From Octopus vulgaris (lineage: Eukaryota): 64,000 nucleotides of DNA. Below the pieces are notes generated by a model. That model worked only from the letters and a program-made list of their open reading frames with translations. It ran no database searches and was not told the origin of the DNA. Of the stretch, positions 42,175 to 55,570 are shown in pieces. A program made the translations under genes and the position numbers. The stretch spans positions 118,048,001 to 118,112,000 of the forward strand of contig OX597822.1 of the NCBI GenBank assembly GCA_951406725.2, read 5' to 3'. Within the stretch, counting starts at the first letter, position 1. Every line of letters begins with the position of its first letter.

Positions 42175-42553
42175 ATATTGTTGTATTTGGGGACGGTCAT
42201 GTTGACAGTGAAAACACACGCACTATATATTCCGCATTCACTTGCTTCAGTTTTATTTTATGTTAATTAAATTTCGGCCAGAGTCATTACATCACACTTC
42301 TGTGACCTCATCAGTTGTCCTTTGCTTTCTTCTTTCATTTTGTGTGTCTCTTCTTACTAACGATCTGCCAAAAAACAACAAAGAAGGAAGCAAAGGACCA
42401 GTGATGAGGTCACAGAAATGTGACGAAAGAATTCTAGCCGAAATACAATTAATATAAAATGCAGCTGAGCTAAAGCAACTGAACACCAACTATATAATGT
42501 GTTTGTTTTCATGGCTAAATTGGCAACATGACCATCTCCAAAATACAACAATA
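42175..42553. repeat. Diverged ~155-bp-arm inverted repeat containing hammerhead cores
   Basis: ATATTGTTGTATTTGGGGACGGTCATGTTG..TTTCGGCCAGA..CTGTGACCTCATCA..GTCCTTTGCTT mirrored by AAGCAAAGGAC..TGATGAGGTCACAG..TAGCCGAAA..CAACATGACCATCTCCAAAATACAACAATAT; flanked by (TA)n. Confidence 0.8.
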
Positions 42554-42685
42554 TATATATATATATACATGTATATATATACATACATGTACACCTCTAC
42601 ATATGCCTATATATGTGCGAGTGAGTATTGTGTGTATGTACCCATATTAATATGTATACACCATATCTAAGTATCTTTCTCTTAT

Positions 42686-42734
<49 letters not shown>

Positions 42735-43189
42735 CATATTTATATATATATATACATATATATATATTTCAGTAGAGGATACGTTAATCTCATGAAGGGA
42801 TTGATGCATCCAAGGAAATACTGGTTCAATACCTAATATTTGGGGGGAATGAAATTCCCTTAAGACAATAGGTATATATTAAACATATAATTTGTATCGA
42901 TTTAAAAGAAAAGAAAATAGAGATGAGAAAGTTAAACAGTGTTTACTTTTAACAAATTGGTCATCTTCGCTGTTTCACTTAATACTCAATGTTTTAATTA
43001 CAAATTTGTAAATTTAATTAGTCATCATTAATTGAAACGGCTGTAAGAAGTGATGACTCGTTTGTTAATAATAAACAAATATTAACTTCCTTATCTCCAT
43101 TTTTTCTTTCCTTCGTTTAAATGGATATATATACATGTGTGTGTGTGTCTGTGTGTGTCGGTGTGTGTGTGTGTGTGCATGTATAGTTG

Positions 43190-43355
43190 GAATTTATAAA
43201 CAAAAGACGAAGACAGGAGTGTAAACAACAAACAGGTGTATTAGTTTAAAGCTCGGGAAGGTGAGAAAGTCTTTTACGTTTCGAACCTACGCCCTTCAAC
43301 AGAAAGGAACACGAGGAAATAAACAGAGGGAGAATAAAAAACGCTTTAGTGGCAA
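43190..43355 (-). mobile_element. Hammerhead-bearing island, family H1
   Basis: Minus strand 43271-43306: CTTT-CTGTTGA-AGGGCGTAGGTTC-GAAAC-GTA-AAAG; CAAAAGACGAAGACAGG is shared with the fragment at 13913-13970. Confidence 0.65.
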
Positions 43356-43359
43356 ACCA

Positions 43360-43392
<33 letters not shown>

Positions 43393-43393
43393 C

Positions 43394-43454
<61 letters not shown>

Positions 43455-43776
43455 TACTTTATGTGTAGAAATAAGCATGTAAGTATACATATTTATATAT
43501 AAGCTTGTATGTATTTATGTATCTATATATATAGCACCAGGTGGTGCTATTAAGTTAGACATGGCCTGGGCCAATAATGGCCGAAACCTATCAAAGTATC
43601 AAAGTATATGCATAAATACTTATATATATACATAGATGCATATATATATATATATATACGTATATATATTTGAAAAAAGCAATTATTGCTGATAAATTTT
43701 CCATTTCAATAATTAGATGTCTTATATATAAGAGTATGTGCGTGTGTGTGTATGCATGTATCTATTTAAATATGTA

Positions 43777-43818
<42 letters not shown>

Positions 43819-44277
43819 GAGAGAGAGAGAGAGAGATTGATAGATAGATAGGTAGATAAATACATAGACAGATACATAGATAGGGAGAGAGAGAGAGAGA
43901 AATTTACATTGATAAATAAAGCATTCAGAAGGTGTCCATTATTCCTGCAGTGAACATTTCTAAAACCGGTCTCTTCAATTTCACTAGTAATTATTAAACC
44001 AAACTCGTTTAGCGTCGAACTGAAATGGATACTTATTCATCTACTTCTACATTTCTATCAAAATGATTACAGTCCCATTTATTTGAATGGACGCATATTG
44101 TGGGTGCTTGTGTGTGTGTATTTGTGTGCGTCTATGTGTCTATGTTTCTGTGTGTGTGCATACGTATGTATGCATTTGTGCCAGAGAATAAATACATATT
44201 GATTAGTTGTAACCAGCCTTATAGATATAGTGGTCAACAATTTATTAATATCTGTATCAATTTATTCTTGATCACTA

Positions 44278-44335
<58 letters not shown>

Positions 44336-44825
44336 GTTTGTATATATATACATTTTCCCCTTTTTATGGTGTTTTTGTATTAGCAAACAAGTTTGGCGAC
44401 CACAACCCGATTCCAACCGAGACAGTCTTAGAAACCAGTAGCATAAAGTTTCCCTTGCACAAGTTCATTGACATAAGTAACTTATGACAACTTCTTAACG
44501 ATAATGAATTTATGGATATTTAATGCAGTAAGCATTAAATATGCATTTAGTGATACTTATGCAATGAGGCAAATATAACAGACATTAGCTGAATAGCTAA
44601 ATACTATTGTTAGCATTTCGACAAACACGGGAGACAACCTCGGGCCAAGTCTTACGAGACCTCCCCGGTGAAGTATAGAATTCACCGTACTTGAAGGTGT
44701 ATCGATAAGTGAATCCCTAAATATATACACATGATGAGAGTTATATAATGTATGACTATGCATACAGTAATTTCCTTTTGAACAGAAGTGTTGCACTAAT
44801 GATAGAGATACTATATCCTTTAATT

Positions 44826-44990
44826 TTTACTTGTTTCATTCGCTCAATTGCCGCCATGCTGGAACATCGGACTGAAGAGTTTGATGTAAGAAATCGAATC
44901 CACTAATTACTCTATCACTCTCTTTCGACGAACCGCTACGATACGGAGAAGTAAATAAGCCAACACCGGCTACAAATGATTTGAGGAAAA
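44826..44990 (-). mobile_element. Diverged SINE family A 3' part
   Basis: TTTTACTTGTTTCA..GCCATGCTGGA..CGAACCGCTA. Confidence 0.7.
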
Positions 44991-45299
44991 ACACAAAAGA
45001 CTTACATTTTGTAAGAGTTATCTCTAGAGATTTTCTGAAATGCACACATGCATAGCTATCAATATGTATGTAGATAAGGTGGGTTGTTCGCTGAATGCTA
45101 TTTTTCTGTATTCCCAAAGTTTGATCTGGGACCTATGTAGAGCCATCCTTTGACGTAGTCTGTTTTTGGTTTAGCCTATATATATATTGTATGTGTGTGC
45201 GTGTGGTGTGTCTATGCATTTATAAATAAATAAGTATATATATATATATATATATATATATACTCCGCGGTATATATATATATATATACTCCGCGGGTA

Positions 45300-46080
45300 G
45301 TAAATATTATGTCTAACAGATTCTATATTTTAATTCATTAATAACTTTTCACTATCTACGAAATCTGATTAATTTACTCTTCTTAATTACTTCACTTCAT
45401 AAAAATAAATCACCTACTAAACGTATGAAAACCTTTCTTCTTGATTACTTCTCTTCTAGTTTTCTTGTTATATATATTTGACCCCTAATATATTCACTTG
45501 ATTAATAAGAATTTTGTCCTCAGTTAATGAGTATTATGCCTACTCATAATAAGTGATAGATTTTTCTCCAAAATGAATAAATATTACATTTATAATTTCT
45601 TCTTTAATCCAACGTATCAAGATATTCAAAATCTACCAGCTAAGCATAAATGCGATGTATATAAGTATAAAAGAATCTCTCCATTCTCTATAAATGGCCA
45701 CTGTGACCATTTGACATTGACCTAGTTTTCCTAATACATATTCTGTTTGCCAAATAGTAGTAAACAGCCTCTGTAGCATTACAACCCTCTCTCTACCTTA
45801 ATTTCTTTATATAGAACTTTGACATCTATTTCACCCCTATTTCTATAAATTGAAAATCTTTCTTATCTCCTTTCAATTGATCATTCTTCCCAAACCTTCT
45901 AGCAGTTCAAAACGACTGAATATTCTGAATATTTTTCAGTCAGTCGATAAACTCTACTACCTTAATGTTCTTAAAATTTAAATCGACATCTTTGTCTATA
46001 TATCTAACTTCTCTATAATGTTATCAATTGATATGAAAATTATGTATTAATGGAAAACCTCTATTAATGGTTGATGATTG
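45300..46080 (-). mobile_element. Possible highly decayed Penelope-like RT region
   Basis: Scattered hand-translated motifs (IDVK.LY, EYLD) in stop-rich frames. Confidence 0.25.
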
Positions 46081-46234
46081 CTCAACATTTTAAAACTGTT
46101 GTAATACTTACGACATTTAATAAAATGATGTAGCGTGAAACGATCGTACCACATTACCGAAGTTATTCTTGTTGCTTATTTTGATATATATATATATATA
46201 TTAAATGCATACACACACGCACACACATATTTAT

Positions 46235-46380
46235 ACGACGGGCTTCTACACAGTTTCCGTCGACCATATTCACTACCAAGGCATTGGTCGATCCGAGGAT
46301 ATATGCTGAACAGTGTGACTGAACCCAAACCCATATGGTTGCAAAGCCAACTTCCTAACCGCACAGCTATGCTTGCACCA
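46235..46380 (-). mobile_element. SINE family A 5' part, diverged
   Basis: TACGACGGGCTTCT..CAGTTTCCGTC..GACTGAACCC..ACCGCACAGC. Confidence 0.75.
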
Positions 46381-47679
46381 ATATATATCATTTAAAATTA
46401 CCGAGGATGAATTCGTAATATGTGTACATTTTGAGGACATCTCAGTATATATATAAGTAACTATTTGTGGACTTTACTATATTTAATATTAAAATCACTC
46501 CTCCAAAACACATGATGTCCCTCAAAGGCTGGACATCATGAAATTATTAATTATTTGGTTTTGCTCAATATATTCCAAACGATGTTGGAATAGCTAATTT
46601 CCTTGTCTTTCAATTTCCATATACAGTTTCAAAGGGTTTAGGTGTACTTGTTTACATTACAAAAACAAATGGATTATAGTTGTAGTATCGTTTATTAAAT
46701 ACAAGTGTAGCGTTTTAAATTTCCCTCAGCCATTCCTATGTAATATTTTTGGGTGATGTTATAATTACTATTATTGAGTTTATTCTAACTAAATGGATTT
46801 TACTTTTGTATAAGCTTTGATTGAGAGGCATGGCCCTTTACTTGTGCATGAGTATCTTGTTTTACACTCCCTACAATATGTAGTAATTTAGAAGAAGGAA
46901 TTACAACCGTGTTTCGTGATCTGCTACCACAACAGCTCCTTAATAGGATCCAGTTAGCTCAAGACATCATCAGGAGGAACCACGTCCGGTTTCAGCCCTA
47001 CTCCTCTACCGTTTTGACGTAGCGGGGCCTCCCTTTCGGAGGTGTCTTCAGCTCTGGTGTTGGGTGCATGTCTTCTTTCCTCTTCTTTCTTCTGTTCCCT
47101 GGCCTCTTCGGTGTAGCGTCAATTAGCAGTCTGTGAAGAAGTGCCATAGCTCGAAATGTTGAAGATACTTCATTTAACAATATGAATGAATATAAATATT
47201 GTTTTGAATGCAGTAGTTTCTATGGGCTGAAACCGAGTACTAGTAATATAGCTTTAATTTCACACATATATATATAATTTAATAACATATACACATTATT
47301 TAACGTAACGTTACAATTCTATTTCCAGACAGAATACTAAGGAATTTAGGATAACTGAATTGAATATGTTTAAATGTGAATAAAAGATGAAATGCAATCT
47401 ATTCCTACAAAGAAGCATTTAAGAATTGGTATCGTTAAAAATTCTAGATCACCGGGTTTCTATCGCAGAAGATCTATAATGTTATCTTTTTCAATTAACT
47501 TATCAAAGCACAAAATATCTTGTTCACAAGTTTCTTTCTCAACAAATCAAAATGAAAAAATACATATTAGAGATATTTTTATATCATTTCATCTATTCAT
47601 TTATATATCTTTATATGTGTGTGTGGGTGTAGGTGTGAGCGTGCACATAAATATATTTATTATATAGGTACGTTTTCTT

Positions 47680-47890
47680 TAATACGTTTTCTTTTTATCT
47701 CCATTTTCCCACGCTCTCTTTTTTGTCTCTCAATATGTTTTCTCTTTTCATTCCTTTCTGTACAAGAGCGTAGGTTCGAAAAGTCAAACAAGTCTTTCAT
47801 TTTTGCTGACCGTCAAACTAATAATACACCCTGTTTGTTGTCCACCACTTTTCTGTCTTTTGGTTTTTGTATTCTTGTATCATTTTAAAC
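47680..47890 (+). mobile_element. Hammerhead-bearing island, family H1 (degenerate)
   Basis: CTTT-CTGTACA-AGAGCGTAGGTTC-GAAAA-GTC-AAA at 47754-47789; CGTCAAACTA..ATACACC downstream. Confidence 0.55.
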
Positions 47891-47973
47891 TATATATGCA
47901 TATATAAGTATGTATGTATGTACATGTGTGTATTTATGCATATATATATATAGATATAGATATAGATATAGAT

Positions 47974-48061
<88 letters not shown>

Positions 48062-48346
48062 ACAGATAGATAGCTAAAGAGATGGACAGATAGAAATACA
48101 GAGATAGACAGACAGACAGACAGATAGATTGGCAGATAGACAGAGACAGATAGACAGATACACACATACATACATACATTATACATTATATTACATATAG
48201 TAGAAACACACCCTGATTCAGAACTCAATATGTTGCGTAGAGATAATATATTTTAATTACAGACAAAAATAAGTCAGCAAATGTTTCACTCTTGACTGAG
48301 CACGAGTGACATTTGTCAAAACACACCACACACACGTACGCGCGCG

Positions 48347-48418
<72 letters not shown>

Positions 48419-48784
48419 TGTGTGTGTGCGTGCATGTAACTGTGTAAAACGCTGTTCTGCCTTTTTTTTTTAGTTAATGATAAATATAGTCAAGGAAGCA
48501 ATTTGCTTCTTTGGAGTTTCCACAAGTCTACGTAGTAATGCAACAGAACAAGAATAAATACGATTTTAGAACTTCAAGTGGCTGTCGGGTTCATTTAACC
48601 ATGCAATTATTTATGATTAGTTGTCAACACTTGCATCCTTACAGAAGGAAAACAAATATTACGAGCTGAAAGGAAATGAAAATTGCATATGGTTTGTCAG
48701 TTCTGGAACTCTCATAAATACGTAAATAAACAGAAAGATTATTTAACTTAAATAAATATCTTTCATTGCAAATGTATTCCTGCC

Positions 48785-49173
48785 TGGGACTGGAAGCACT
48801 CCGTCGGTTACGACGATGAGGGTTCCGGTTGATCCGAATCAACGGAACAGCCTGCTCGTGAAATTAACGTGTAAGTGACTGAGCACTCCACAGACACGTG
48901 TACCCTTACCGTAGTTCTCGGGGATATTCAGCGTGACACAGAGAGTGACAAGGCCGGCCCCTTGAAATACAGGTACAACAGAAACAGGAAGTAAGAGTGA
49001 GAGAAAGTTGTGGTGAAAGAGTACAGCAGGGATCACCACCATCCCCTGCCGGAGCCTCGTGGATCTTTAGGTGTTTTCGCTCAATAAACACTCACAACGC
49101 CCGGTCTGGGAATCGAAACCGCGATCCTACGACCGCGAGTCCGCTCCCCTAACCACTGGGCCATTGCGCCTCC
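48785..49173 (-). mobile_element. tRNA-derived SINE, family C, with 11-bp TSD
   Basis: Head GGAGGCGCAATGGCCCAGTGGTTAG..GGTTTCGATTCC (A and B boxes); exact TSD GTATTCCTGCC at 48774-48784 and 49174-49184. Confidence 0.93.
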
Positions 49174-50270
49174 GTATTCCTGCCATCAGGATGGATTAAC
49201 CGTAATGAGAAAATTGACTGGTCTCGGGTTTTGTTTTAATATTTTTAACGTGGATTTTAGGCTTAGAGTTTATCATGCACCCTGAGACTCTAAGGTCGGA
49301 GTTTAACCTGATTTCCATGGCGTTCAGTGAAATTACAACACTATTCCCTGAACGGGACGATTGTCCATCACTGGTTTAACTTCCCAGTTATTGATGGAAC
49401 TCATTTTACACCTGAGAGGATTGGAGTCACGTGAAATAGATATCTTTTGCTCAAGAACACAATACACAAGCCGGTGTTCGTTACTCCAACCCCCTAAACG
49501 CTACGTCCCCCGAAAATTTTTTTTTTAATATGAGGTTAAAGATTAGTTTTCAAAGAAATAATATTCACATCACCCTCCTTACTCTGAGTATTTGACCTAC
49601 TGAGAATATAAAATATTTTTCCAATATAAAAGTTCTACCTCAGAAAATATGATTACCTCATATCAAATAACGGTGCATTATTTCGCATTCTAAGAATTTC
49701 ATATTTGAATCATCGTATAAAGAATCAAATTACGTCCCCTTTTTAGGTGTGTATTCACGATGATTACTTTGAGTCATAATATGTCTTTCAGTAGCCTCCT
49801 CTGATAACATATACTCACTGTTACTAAATGCTTATGAAGATATTTTCTTTCCCTTTCTTTTTCTTATATAATTAGCTACAATTTATTGGAATTATTAACT
49901 TTCAATAAGACCTAAAAATATCGCAAGGTTGAATGCTGGTCTCCTGTTGAATATTAAAATCCCTTCGCTAGTAAATAATGTTGATTATATATCGTAAAAA
50001 TACGATGCAGTCAACATGCGAACATGACAAATTTAACCATTTCTCAAGACACTCAAAAAAAAAAAATTATGAACTGCCTTAATCGATTTTTGACCCTTAT
50101 TGAAATCTCAACAGAGACATCTACATCACGTGACCAATACTAGAGAAATACTCTTCCAATCTGCTTGTGTACACAACAAATCCAGTAGCTTCAGAGAACC
50201 AGAGCTATTAATTTGCATACTTTTTTTTTGCTATCTATTCTTATATTACATGAAATTGCCCCAAATACGT

Positions 50271-50547
50271 TGTAATGTTGATTGTTCCTTCTCGAACCAT
50301 GCCTGGCTCATGAGGGCCAGTTTCTCCGTTTCATTGGCGCATAGGTCCCCCACCTGGACGGGACGCCGGTCCGTCGCAGGTGAGCTGCAAGATGCAGGAG
50401 GAAAGAATGAGGGCAAGTTGTGGCAGAACCACCCGGAACTTATGTGTTTCGCTCATAAGCACACACCATCACCCCGACTGAGATTCGAACTCACGATCCC
50501 TCGACCGCGAGTCCGCTGCTCTAATCACTGGGCCATGTGCCTCAACA
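50271..50547 (-). mobile_element. tRNA-derived SINE, family D (same head as C, different tail), with 11-bp TSD
   Basis: Head TGGCCCAGTGATTAG..GCGGACTCGCGGTCG..GAGTTCGAATC; exact TSD CCCAAATACGT at 50260-50270 and 50548-50558. Confidence 0.9.
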
Positions 50548-50785
50548 CCCAAATACGTATTAAACCATATTCTACCATCAAGTCTCCTTAAATTTCCCTA
50601 TTGTATTCGTTTAAAGAATCCAGCAACGTAAGTCATCGCCAATTTTAAACACAGCGATAAAATATGGAAAAAAATGATCTGTCGTATAGAATTTTTATAC
50701 ATGCATACGTACACATACATACTTACACACACACACATATTTCTAAGTATTTTCTTGAAAAGATATAAGGCTACGATTGTCTTTC

Positions 50786-50882
<97 letters not shown>

Positions 50883-50970
50883 ATTTTCAAGTGAAAAAAT
50901 TTACAGATTTTTTCTCTTATGAGGTTTTTCACGCTAACTACCTGATAATTTCTTATTAAGATTTTATCCT

Positions 50971-51057
<87 letters not shown>

Positions 51058-51381
51058 GCGTATGTGTGTATATATATGTATATATGTACGCATGCATACA
51101 CGTACATATGCACACCCACGAACGCATGTGTATATGTGTGTGTGTGTGTGTGTGTATCAATGCATATGTGTATGTTAGTGTGTGTATGTAAGTATGTACG
51201 TATGTGCATATGTATCTATGTATGTATGAATGTATCTCCCACTTTATTTGCGGTAGGAACAGTTTCATAGCAAATTTATAATCCCAGTTCCAAATTAATT
51301 CCAGACTCAGTTTGTTTTTAACTTTTTTTCCCACTGTCCTCCCAAATAAGTCACCATTCCAACTCAATATAAAGCAATATT

Positions 51382-51443
51382 AAAGGCGGTGCTCCAGCAT
51401 GGCCGCAGTCAAATGACTGAAACAAGTAAAAGAGTAAAAGAGT
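51382..51443 (+). mobile_element. SINE family A, 3' 60 bp only
   Basis: AAAGGCGGTGCTCCAGCATGGCCGCAGTCAAATGACTGAAACAAGTAAAAGAG, matching the family A tail. Confidence 0.9.
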
Positions 51444-51569
51444 AATATCAAAAGATCGAACAAAAATTCCTCATTAACTTCTCAATCGCCATTTTGCTGG
51501 TCCTGTTTGCAAATGGCCTGTTGCACAGATTGCATCAAAGACGAATAGTTAGTCCTATAAGACTTTCAA

Positions 51570-51780
51570 GTGGACAAGAGAACAGCTGTACTTGACATTA
51601 CCAAAATCTTTGATCAAATACAGCTCAGTTTTGCGTTTTGTTTATTCTGGTATAGATTACAGTCTGGCAGATCAAACAAGGATTTGAAGCCGTATATGAC
51701 TTCCAAACAGACAACAAAACAGCTGCACTTGACATTAGCAACATCTTTGATCAAAGATCGGTGCATTTTACGTCAATTCT
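51570..51780 (+). mobile_element. Decayed CR1/Jockey-type RT fragment with an internal 36-bp duplication
   Basis: CAGCTG.ACTTGACATTA.CAA.ATCTTTGATCAAA occurs twice, encoding LDI.K.FD (cf. LDISKAFD); SGRS..DL lies between the copies. Confidence 0.45.
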
Positions 51781-51970
51781 ATTTAGTTACTGCTCTTCAG
51801 ATCTCACTGCTATTTCCTAAACCTTCAGCTGTGGTTTGATTATGTCGATTGATATTAGTCCAAAAGTACAATCACATGAGCGGACTTCAATATTATTCCA
51901 GAGAACTATGAAGCCATTACAATTATTTATCTTCCGACTAAATGATTTGAAACAATACACACACCCACAC

Positions 51971-52041
<71 letters not shown>

Positions 52042-52042
52042 A

Positions 52043-52457
52043 GGCGTAGGAGTGGATGTGTGGTAAATAGCTGGCTTACGAACCACATGATTCCGGGTTC
52101 AGTCCCACTGTGTGGAACCGTGGGGAGGTGTCTTCTACTATAGCCTCGGGCCGACCAAAGCCTTTTGAGTGGATTTAGTAGACGGAAACTAAAAGAAGAC
52201 CGTCTTATACATGTATATATATATGTATGTATGTGTGTGTATATGTTTGTGTGTCTGTGTTTGTCCCTCCAGCATCGCTTGACAACCGATGCTGGTGTGT
52301 TTACGCCCCTGTAACTTAGTGGTTCGGCAAAAGAGACCGATAGAATAAGTACTAGGCTTACAAAGAATAAGTCCTGGGATCAATTTGCTCGACTGAAGGT
52401 GGTGTTCCAGCATGGCCGCAGTCAAATGACTGAAACAAGTAAAACAATAAAAGAATA
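52043..52457 (+). mobile_element. SINE family A, full length
   Basis: Matches 5135, 13398 and 55191; follows (TA)n. Confidence 0.95.
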
Positions 52458-53213
52458 GGTGTGTGCGTGTGTAAGTACGTACACACACACACACACACAC
52501 GGATTCATTTTATTGTCATTGGCTCTCATTCTTAATTACGTATCATCGTCGAATGAATAGAATTCCTTTTCTTGTGTAATGATGGTAGACATAAGATCAT
52601 GGATAAAGTTATGCAAGTATGTCATCTGTATTCATCAAACAACCTTGAGTCACTCTGTTGCCGGCGTTAAATATACAGTTACTCAATTTTAGTATCGTTT
52701 TTTCTTTTTAGCATCACCATACTTCAAGCTGTAAATGTGTATGTGTGTGTTTGTATGTTTGTGTGTGTCTATGTGTGCATGTGTGTTCTCTAATTCTGAT
52801 TTAGGAGTAGATTTCTAACAAAAATACAAAGCTATAGAGTTGTCATATAAATAAGAAATCAATGTCACAAGTTGGCAGTTTTTATTTATAACGTGTTTTA
52901 GCTGGTCGTTTTTTTACTTTTTTTGTTGTCTTGTTTCGCTTTTCAAGCAAACCCTAGCTTTTCTAGATTACCCCTTAAGGTATTTAGTAACAATATCAGG
53001 TACAGGAATTATGGATATCGCAATTATCCTTTTTCTCTTTAATTTTCGAAAAAGATATTCTCATTAAAAGGGTGGCTGACTTCTGTCTCTGACAGTAAAT
53101 ACTATTTTTTGCCTGTCCCATTCATTTAATATAGTCTGTTATGTTTGCACACGATAGCAGTTTTGGTCGATAGAAGTTGCATCAGTATTGCTTCTGTTGA
53201 TGTTTGTGTATGT

Positions 53214-53414
53214 CAGCGCTTTTCAAACTTTTTGCTGGAGCGGAACCCCAAGGAAACATTCCACTGGCTCGAGGAACCCCTGAGCAATAATTTAACAGTC
53301 TTATGTACACATATCTGCACAGGAAAATTTAAAATTACTGCCGATTTTAGCAGTTTTGTAACTTCTTGCGGAACCCCTGGACTGTACTGGCGGAACCCTG
53401 GTTGAAAACCACTG
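53214..53414. mobile_element. hAT-type MITE, 201 bp
   Basis: TIRs CAGCGCTTTTCAA / TTGAAAACCACTG; exact 8-bp TSD GTGTATGT (53206-53213, 53415-53422); subterminal GGAACCC occurs four times. Confidence 0.9.
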
Positions 53415-53500
53415 GTGTATGTCATTAATAACAGGGAATTCTCTACTCTTACTTCAGGCCTATCTTTCTCGCGTGACATTGTATATACATATATGTGTAC

Positions 53501-53555
<55 letters not shown>

Positions 53556-53794
53556 TATAAGTACTTGAATGTAAATATTTTGTGGCTGTGAGCGTGTGTA
53601 TGCTTGTGTGCCTGTATCAGACAAATGATAAGAGGTGTAAGGAATATTTTCACATGAAAAGATTTGTATCCAATTTATATGATGTAGTTAAATGATATCT
53701 TTACATCTGTTCCAATTGATCAATGACTAGTTGATATATCAATATATACCATATAAGCAGGTTTGATTATTTCGTAATATTACAGGTATGCATA

Positions 53795-54005
53795 GGCGGC
53801 GAGCTGATAGAGTCGTTAACGCGCCGGGCAAAATAGTTAGCGGCATTTTGTCCGCCTTCATGTTCTGAGTCCAAATTCCGCCGAGTTCCTCTGTGCCTTT
53901 CATCATTTCACGGTCGGTAAAAATGTACCAGATGAGTAATAGGATTGATGTAATCGACTTGCTCCCTCCGCCGAAATTGCTGGTCTTGTATCAAAATTTG
54001 AAACC
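53795..54005 (+). mobile_element. SINE family B
   Basis: Full length; imperfect 19-bp TSD AATATTAC.GG.AT.CATA (53776-53794, 54006-54024). Confidence 0.9.
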
Positions 54006-54399
54006 AATATTACTGGCATACATAAAGACAAAGTAAAGTATCAATTAGAAACAATTCGCTCAGATTTTGACTGCTCTGTGGTGCAGATTCACGGCCTTTT
54101 CTTCAGAAGAAAAACGAATGTATATATATCAATGGAAGCATTTCGCCCGGGTCGCCGCCTTATATAGATGTAAATAGTAAAGTATTTATCCATCGGAAAA
54201 GATGAGGTCAAGAAACTAGAAAGTTTATAATTGTATAGTAACGAAATTATCTGCGACAATCAGACATGTCTTTAATAATGATGTTAATAAAAATCCACTC
54301 ACATGAAGACATACGCAGGCTCACTTACACACGCACAAACACACATGTATGTGTATGTGTGTGTATATATACACACACACACACATGCTTATAAGCAAC

Positions 54400-54571
54400 A
54401 TGTGAAACCCTTAATCCAAGCACGTTTTTTCTCTTTCTTTACTCATTCATTTCTATGGAAGAGCGTAGGACCGAAACGTCAAAGACTTTTCCATTTTTCC
54501 AGAGCGTCAAACTAATACACCTTGTTTATTTTCCCATCATCTGTCTCTGTTTTTAGCGTTTGTACATCAGA

Positions 54572-54575
<4 letters not shown>
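54400..54575 (+). mobile_element. Hammerhead-bearing island, family H1 (degenerate)
   Basis: ATTT-CTATGGA-AGAGCGTAGGACC-GAAAC-GTC-AAAG at 54449-54484; GAGCGTCAAACTAATACACC follows. Confidence 0.6.
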
Positions 54576-54662
<87 letters not shown>

Positions 54663-54907
54663 AAAAGCAATTAAGATTCAAGTCAGTTCTAATGAATTCA
54701 CTTGAATGCGGTACTTAACTTAGATGCACCAGAAAACTATATGGTATTAACCATACAATAATGTGGGGTGATTATAAACGAGAAAAAAAAACTAATCCAT
54801 TCTTGTTGCTTTTTTATCGTATATATATAAATATATATATATAATTTTTTTCGTAATGAGTTAAAAAATCAAGGCTGTGTAGACTTTAGAACATATATAA
54901 ATAGAAT

Positions 54908-54955
54908 GTCTTACAGCTGTTTCTAAGATATTTATTATATCCCTTCATCGGAAAC
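54908..54955 (-). ncRNA. Type-I minimal hammerhead motif (PLE-type, family H2)
   Basis: Minus strand: GTTT-CCGATGA-AGGGATAT-AATAA-ATATCTTA-GAAACAGCTGTA-AGAC; one core change (U4>C); palindromic stem III. Confidence 0.65.
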
Positions 54956-55190
54956 TGTTTGAGAAGATGGCTAAGCAATAGTTAATTTAGATAAGATACG
55001 AAATAGAGTGAAGTGGAGGAATGAAAATTGATGTGAGATATGCAGAGAAATTGTATTTGTAGATCCATATCGAATCTGAAACTTATCTATGATCTATCTA
55101 TAGCACTTATTCTGCACTACCTGACACCTTGCGGGTCTCACTGACACCATTACCTCTCATAAGCTATATATATATATATATATATATATA

Positions 55191-55570
55191 GGCGCAGGAG
55201 TGGCTGTGTGGTAAGTAGCTTGCTTACGAATCACATGATTCCGGGTTCAGTCCCACTGCGTGGCACCTTGGGCAAGTGTCTTCTACTATAGCCCCGGGCC
55301 GACCAAAGACTTGTGAGTGGATTTGGTAGACGGAAACTGAAAGAAGCCCGTCGTATATATGTATATATATATATGTGTGTATGTGCGTGTTTGTGTGTCT
55401 GTATTTGTCCCCCTAGCATTGCTTGACAACCGATGCTGGTGTGTTTATGTCCCCGTCACTTAGCGGTTCGGCAAAAGAGACCGATAGAATAAGTACTGGG
55501 CTTACAAGGAATAAGTCCCTAGGTCGAGTTGCTCGATTAAAGGCGGTGCTCCAGCATGGAGTAAAAGAGT
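55191..55570 (+). mobile_element. SINE family A
   Basis: Full head and body, small deletion before the tail, in (TA)n. Confidence 0.95.

Noticed and set aside
46960-47165. Additional hammerhead candidates here, and at 8620, 36415, 43580 and 44420
   Set aside because: Only partial cores or inconsistent stems; these may be decayed copies but cannot be supported individually.
48785-50547. tRNA genes at SINE heads
   Set aside because: A and B boxes are present, but the cloverleaves are imperfect and continue into repeat bodies with TSDs.
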